Below are positions 59,625 through 64,000 of a stretch of DNA of 64,000 bases, piece after piece; positions within the stretch are counted from its first letter, which is position 1, and every line of letters begins with the position of its first letter. The stretch spans positions 896,001 to 960,000 of the forward strand of contig OY970194.1 in the NCBI GenBank assembly GCA_963708075.1, in the 5' to 3' direction. A program made the position numbers and the translations under genes. The notes below the pieces were generated by a model that was not told the DNA's origin, did not search any database, and was given only the letters and a program-made list of their open reading frames with translations. The DNA comes from Sedimentisphaerales bacterium (GTDB taxonomy: Bacteria > Planctomycetota > Phycisphaerae > Sedimentisphaerales > Anaerobacaceae).

Positions 59625-61093
59625 GTACGCAAGCGAAATCCCGAAGAGCAGTTGAATCGCATGTCCCGGGTGCGAGAAGGGCGTTCGCCCTGGCTTTGGT
59701 GCTCTGGGTGGTCATGATCATGACGGCCATTGTTGCCATCGCCGGACAGACCAATCGGCTGAACATGAAGATGGCCACGGGGGCCCTGGACCAGATCCGC
59801 TGCAAATGGGCCTGTCGAGCCGGCACCGAGAGCGCCATCGCGCTTCTCATCGACGACCTGCGCGCCAGCGACTGTCTCCAGGACACGTGGAGCAACAGCG
59901 ACGAGGACTACAACGACGTCCAGTTGGAGCGCTGTGCGTACTCCGTCCGCGTCCTGGACGAGGCGGGCAAGCTGAACGTGAACATCGCCACGAAAGAGCA
60001 GCTCATGGCGTTGCCGTACATGGAGGAGAACATCGCCGATTCCATCCTGGATTGGCGGGATGGCGATGAGGAGGTGCGGACAGAAGGGGGGGAGGCGGGC
60101 TACTACGAGAACCTGCCATTCCCCTACACGATTCGCAACGGTCCTTTCAAGACGATCCGGGAACTGCTCCGGGTCAAGGATGTGACGCCGGACTTGCTGT
60201 ACGGCGAGGACGCGGATCTGGACGGCCAGCTCGATTTCAACGAGATGGATGGCGAGCTGAGCCCGCCGATGGATAATGGCGACGATTACCTCGACCAGGG
60301 GTGGATTGCCTACCTGACCTGCTACTCCTACGAGCGGAACGTGGACGCCGACGGCAGCAACCGGATCAACGTCAATCAGGCCGACGAACAGCAGTTGCAG
60401 TCGGAGTTGGGCCTCACAGCCGGGCAGGCCAGATGGATCGTGCAGAATCGCGGGCAGGGATTCCGAAGCATCGGCGACCTCGTCGGCTCGAATCCTCAGC
60501 AACAGACCGGCGGCGGCCGCGGCCGGAATCAGGGAAACCGGAATAATCAAGGAAATCAGAACAATCAGGGGGACCAGGGAAACCGGAATAACCAGGGCAA
60601 TCAGGGGAACCAAAACAACCAAGGCAATCAAGGGAACCAGAACAACCAGGGCGGCCAGGGCAACCAGAACAACCAGGCTCCCGGCGAGCCCCTGGACCTT
60701 CAGACGTTCGCCCGAATTTCCGACCGGATCACGATCAGCGGCGAACAACGGATTCCCGGCAAGATCAACATCAACACGGCGCCGTGGGAGGTGCTGGTGG
60801 TGCTGTTTGGCGGCGGAGAGCAGGCCGAGCAAGCGGCCTATGGAGTCGTCTCGGAGCGAGCAAACCTCCTGTATGGATTCCAGAGTATCGCCGATCTCGC
60901 GAGTGTGCAGTCCGTGGGCCTCGAGAGGTTCAAAAGAGTCGCCGATCAAATTACGGTTCGTTCGGACATCTTCCGGATTCGCTGCTTTGCCACGGCGGCT
61001 ATCAGCGGGGCGAAAATGCAAACCGAATGCGTTGTGGATCGTTCGGCCACGCCGTGCACGGTCCTTTACTCGTACCAGGGAGCAAACTATTGA
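59621..61093 (+). CDS. gspK: Minor pseudopilin GspK with an N/Q/G-rich insertion
   Basis: ALVLW, DEAGKLNVN, ILDWRD, NGPFKTIRELLRVK and GKININTA motifs. Confidence 0.88.
   Translation: MSTQAKSRRAVESHVPGARRAFALALVLWVVMIMTAIVAIAGQTNRLNMKMATGALDQIRCKWACRAGTESAIALLIDDLRASDCLQDTWSNSDEDYNDVQLERCAYSVRVLDEAGKLNVNIATKEQLMALPYMEENIADSILDWRDGDEEVRTEGGEAGYYENLPFPYTIRNGPFKTIRELLRVKDVTPDLLYGEDADLDGQLDFNEMDGELSPPMDNGDDYLDQGWIAYLTCYSYERNVDADGSNRINVNQADEQQLQSELGLTAGQARWIVQNRGQGFRSIGDLVGSNPQQQTGGGRGRNQGNRNNQGNQNNQGDQGNRNNQGNQGNQNNQGNQGNQNNQGGQGNQNNQAPGEPLDLQTFARISDRITISGEQRIPGKININTAPWEVLVVLFGGGEQAEQAAYGVVSERANLLYGFQSIADLASVQSVGLERFKRVADQITVRSDIFRIRCFATAAISGAKMQTECVVDRSATPCTVLYSYQGANY
60527..60676 (+). repeat. 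Coding low-complexity repeat (NQG/NNQ)n, 50 codons
   Basis: NQGNRNNQGNQNNQGDQGNRNNQGNQGNQNNQ... Confidence 0.9.
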
Positions 61094-62556
61094 TGAACAA
61101 GAGCCCGAAAACAGCCCGGTCGGTGATTGCCGCCGTCAAAGAGGACACTCAGTTCAAAGCGGTTGAGTTGCGGGCACACGGTGACGAGGTGGAGATCCTC
61201 TGGGTAAAGGCCGTGCCGAGTGACGGCTGCACCTGGAGCGATTTCGCGGTCGAGTGCGGCCTGGCTCAGGCTGTCGGGACGAAAGGCAAGACGGTCCGCA
61301 AGGACGTCGTGAGCGTTGTCGGACTCGATTCGACGGCGGTGGCCTTCTACAGAATCAGCACGCCGGCCGTGGGCGAGGAGGAAACCGCCTCGATCGTCAG
61401 AATGCAGGTCGAGTCGCTGTTGCCGTTGCCTCCCGAGCAAATCGAAGTGGCCTGGCGGACCATCCCCTCGACGGATGGTAAGATGGATGTCACCATGGCG
61501 GCCGCACGCTGCGACCATCTGGAGCGATTCATCGACAGCACTCGCGACTTCCGGCCCCAGAACATTCTCCTATCCTGCGAGGGGATGGCCAGGGCCTGGC
61601 AGAGCCTGTTCATGGAGCAGGAGCGGCAGGGGGCGGTCCTGAGCATCGGCGAGCGGCACACGCAGGTCTGCCTTGTCCAGGCAGGGCGGGTCGTGCACGC
61701 CGGCGTCTTGGATGTCGGGATGAGCGATCTGAAATCGACCGGCGGACACGGCGACGCGTCGGGGGGCACGGAGGCGTCGGAGCGGTTCGCACTGGACATA
61801 CGGACGATTCTGGATTCGTTCGGCTGGGAGGTGTTGACCCTCTGGCCGATCTTCGTCCTGTCCGACGGAAGCAGGGAGATCGACCGCATCGTGGCATCGC
61901 TGAACGCCGCCGGGCTGCTCGCGCGAGCCAGCCTGCCGGGCACGCAGGGCGTGAAGGCGCCGGTGGGTTTCGACCGGGGCGATGTGTATCAGTACCACGT
62001 ACCGCTGGGCCTGGCTCTGCTGGCGATAGGAGAGCCCTCCGGCCGGCTGGACCTCTTCAAAGGCATCATTCAGGATCAGGAGGAAGTGAGCGCCCAACGA
62101 GCCCGGCTGTCGATCCTGGTGGCGGGAGCCGTCGCCGTCTTCATGTTGATCGCGCTGATCGCGACGTCTTATATCGTCGACAAGAGTCGCGACAAACACT
62201 ACAAGAACCTGCTTGCCCGGACGGACCTGGAACAGGCAATACAGCGGCAGACCCTGTTGAAGACCGTGGCGCAGCACCGGCCCGACCTGCTCCAACTGCT
62301 CACCGACATCAACACCGGCCAGAACCCCGGGATCGTCCTGGACAGTCTCCATTTCAGAAAGGGCCAGCCGGTCACCGTCACCGGGCAGGCCGACAACCAG
62401 GAGCAGTTGTGGGCCTTCCAGAAGAACCTGAGTGGCCGGAAGGGAGTCGAGAAGGCAGAGTCGTCAAACGTGAGCCAGGACAGCAAGACCAAGAAGATCA
62501 GGTTCACGATCACGTTCCAGTACAAGGGATACACGAAGAAGAACGCCGTCCTATAG
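61093..62556 (+). CDS. GspL/PilM-PilN-like assembly protein
   Basis: Actin-like cytoplasmic part, one transmembrane segment and a PilN-like VTVTGQA..FTITF; operon position. Confidence 0.7.
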   Translation: MNKSPKTARSVIAAVKEDTQFKAVELRAHGDEVEILWVKAVPSDGCTWSDFAVECGLAQAVGTKGKTVRKDVVSVVGLDSTAVAFYRISTPAVGEEETASIVRMQVESLLPLPPEQIEVAWRTIPSTDGKMDVTMAAARCDHLERFIDSTRDFRPQNILLSCEGMARAWQSLFMEQERQGAVLSIGERHTQVCLVQAGRVVHAGVLDVGMSDLKSTGGHGDASGGTEASERFALDIRTILDSFGWEVLTLWPIFVLSDGSREIDRIVASLNAAGLLARASLPGTQGVKAPVGFDRGDVYQYHVPLGLALLAIGEPSGRLDLFKGIIQDQEEVSAQRARLSILVAGAVAVFMLIALIATSYIVDKSRDKHYKNLLARTDLEQAIQRQTLLKTVAQHRPDLLQLLTDINTGQNPGIVLDSLHFRKGQPVTVTGQADNQEQLWAFQKNLSGRKGVEKAESSNVSQDSKTKKIRFTITFQYKGYTKKNAVL

Positions 62557-62572
62557 GGGCAACGAGCGGATC

Positions 62573-63097
62573 ATGGCAAGAAAGCTGACTCCAAGAGAAA
62601 TACGCATGATTCAAGTCGGGGTGATCGCCGTCATCGCTATACCGGCCTTCACCTTCGGGACGAAATGGATCGACGACTGGGGAAAGGTCCGCAAGTCCCT
62701 GGCCGAGTCGCAGGAAAAGCTGAAAGATCTTGAGATCAACGAGACCACGCAGGCGGGCCTGCTCGCCATCGTGCCGGTGTGGGAGCTGCCTCAGGAAGAG
62801 AACGTGCAGAAGACCCTGTTCCGGGACAAGCTGAACGAGCAATTGAAGAAGGCGGGGGTCAATACGGAGCCGCTCCAGTTCCTTCCCATCCGAAAGGCGA
62901 AGGGCCAGACGGTCCTCAAGATTCAGTTCAAGGGCAAGTGCAAGTTCGACCAATTGCTCGACCTGCTGGCCGGCTTGAGGGAGAACCCGTACCTTGTGGG
63001 CATCGAGGAGTTGAGGGTTGAGTGCGATACCAAGCAGCCGCCGGATAAGAGGCAGGAAGTGGAAATTGCCCTGACGGCCTCGACGTTTGTGAAATGA
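62573..63097 (+). CDS. GspM/PilO-like protein
   Basis: LTPRE + transmembrane segment + coiled coil + FDQLLDLL. Confidence 0.7.
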   Translation: MARKLTPREIRMIQVGVIAVIAIPAFTFGTKWIDDWGKVRKSLAESQEKLKDLEINETTQAGLLAIVPVWELPQEENVQKTLFRDKLNEQLKKAGVNTEPLQFLPIRKAKGQTVLKIQFKGKCKFDQLLDLLAGLRENPYLVGIEELRVECDTKQPPDKRQEVEIALTASTFVK

Positions 63098-63113
63098 TGT
63101 GAGGTAGTGTCGG

Positions 63114-63857
63114 TTGAACCCTGCACATGTGACATCTGAAACCCTGAGTCATCGCCGGCGCGATCTGGTGGCCCTGCTGCTTGCAGTCACGGTGTTGCTG
63201 GGCGCCCTGGTATTCGCCAAAGTGGCGAGTTTCGTGCGAGCGCAGCGCGTCATTGCCCAGGTGGAGAACCTGGGCAGGCAGGATCCGAATGATCTGCAGG
63301 CATCCGTGCGCAAGGCCAAAGAGAGCGCAGACGCCCTGAAGAAGAACAACCTGTTCGTCAAGCAGACTCCGAAGGAGCACCCGGTCAAGCAGGTGGATGG
63401 GATCCTCGGGAATGAGGTCCTGATCGCCAACGCGTGGTACAAGGTCGGTGGGAAAATCGGCAACGCGGAGATCGTGGCCATCGCACCGACGGAAGTCACC
63501 ATCCTGTGGGACGGCCAGAAGAAGACCTTTGCCCCCATCTCGGCAGCGAGCGCGTCGCCGGAGCCGCCCCCGAAGGCGGCCGAGAGCAAGCCCGAAGCGG
63601 CAAAGGCGCCTGAGCCGGGCAAGCCCGCGCCGCAAGCGGCGCCCGGCGAGACCAAGGCGGCTGCTCCTGCAGAGGCCGACCCATTGGCCTGGATGAGCGT
63701 GAAACTGTCGCCGAAGGTCAGAGAAATGATCATGGCGAAGTGGAATTCCGTCTCCGAGGAGGAGAAACAAAAGGCCAAGGAGGAATGGAACCGGATGTCC
63801 GAGCAGGATAAGGAAAAAGCTGTCGATATGCTGGAGCGAGGCGCCCTGTCCTTGTAG
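63114..63857 (+). CDS. GspC/PilP-like membrane protein
   Basis: Transmembrane segment, NNLF, GILGNEVLIAN..YKVGGKIGNAEIVAI and a P/A-rich linker. Confidence 0.55.
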   Translation: MNPAHVTSETLSHRRRDLVALLLAVTVLLGALVFAKVASFVRAQRVIAQVENLGRQDPNDLQASVRKAKESADALKKNNLFVKQTPKEHPVKQVDGILGNEVLIANAWYKVGGKIGNAEIVAIAPTEVTILWDGQKKTFAPISAASASPEPPPKAAESKPEAAKAPEPGKPAPQAAPGETKAAAPAEADPLAWMSVKLSPKVREMIMAKWNSVSEEEKQKAKEEWNRMSEQDKEKAVDMLERGALSL

Positions 63858-63904
63858 GCGGCGGGTGTTGTGTGTAAGGTGGCGTTTGCAGTAAGAAACT
63901 CAAT

Positions 63905-64000
63905 ATGAGCAACAAAGCATACAACATGGAACCGCTTGCCGGGGTTCTGCTGGCGATTGCAGGACTTCTGGCAGCCCTTATATTCCTGCAGATCGCGACA
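63905..64000 (+). CDS. Partial membrane protein, N-terminus similar to the preceding gene
   Basis: MSNKAYNMEPLAGVLLAIAGLLAALIFLQIAT..., open to the window end. Confidence 0.5.
   Translation, partial: MSNKAYNMEPLAGVLLAIAGLLAALIFLQIAT

Overview
GC-rich bacterial chromosomal window. The gene families and intergenic repeat style suggest Planctomycetota, probably Phycisphaerae/Sedimentisphaerales-like (inference only). From left to right: (1) a partial secreted PEP-utilising-enzyme-like gene coupled to four tandem secreted paralogues (internalin-type LRR plus beta-helix); (2) a Tat oxidoreductase, a cupin and tsaD-larB-nnrD; (3) a ~1310-aa secreted GEVED-domain protein ending in 32 uninterrupted T-x-C-(P)-x-x-x heptads; (4) a TolB/TPR protein; (5) an AT-richer islet with a TcmP-like methyltransferase-fold gene and two PD-(D/E)XK nucleases; (6) sugar enzymes and small GNAT/NUDIX genes; (7) parA with an IS630 inserted in its stop codon; (8) an invertebrate-type lysozyme-like gene between direct repeats; (9) a TRAP transporter and a frameshifted TIGR02391-like gene; (10) an 'ANRRNA..STGP' hypothetical gene whose 3' end is an 87-bp tandem array built from a 16-bp motif and a dispersed palindromic element; (11) a NodIJ-like ABC exporter, a MITE and a frameshifted HtrA protease; (12) a type II secretion/pseudopilus operon whose ATPase has an MshEN motif. 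Intergenic DNA is dense in several REP/REPIN-like families. No rRNA, tRNA or CRISPR array was found. All family assignments come from reading motifs by eye; no database searches were run.
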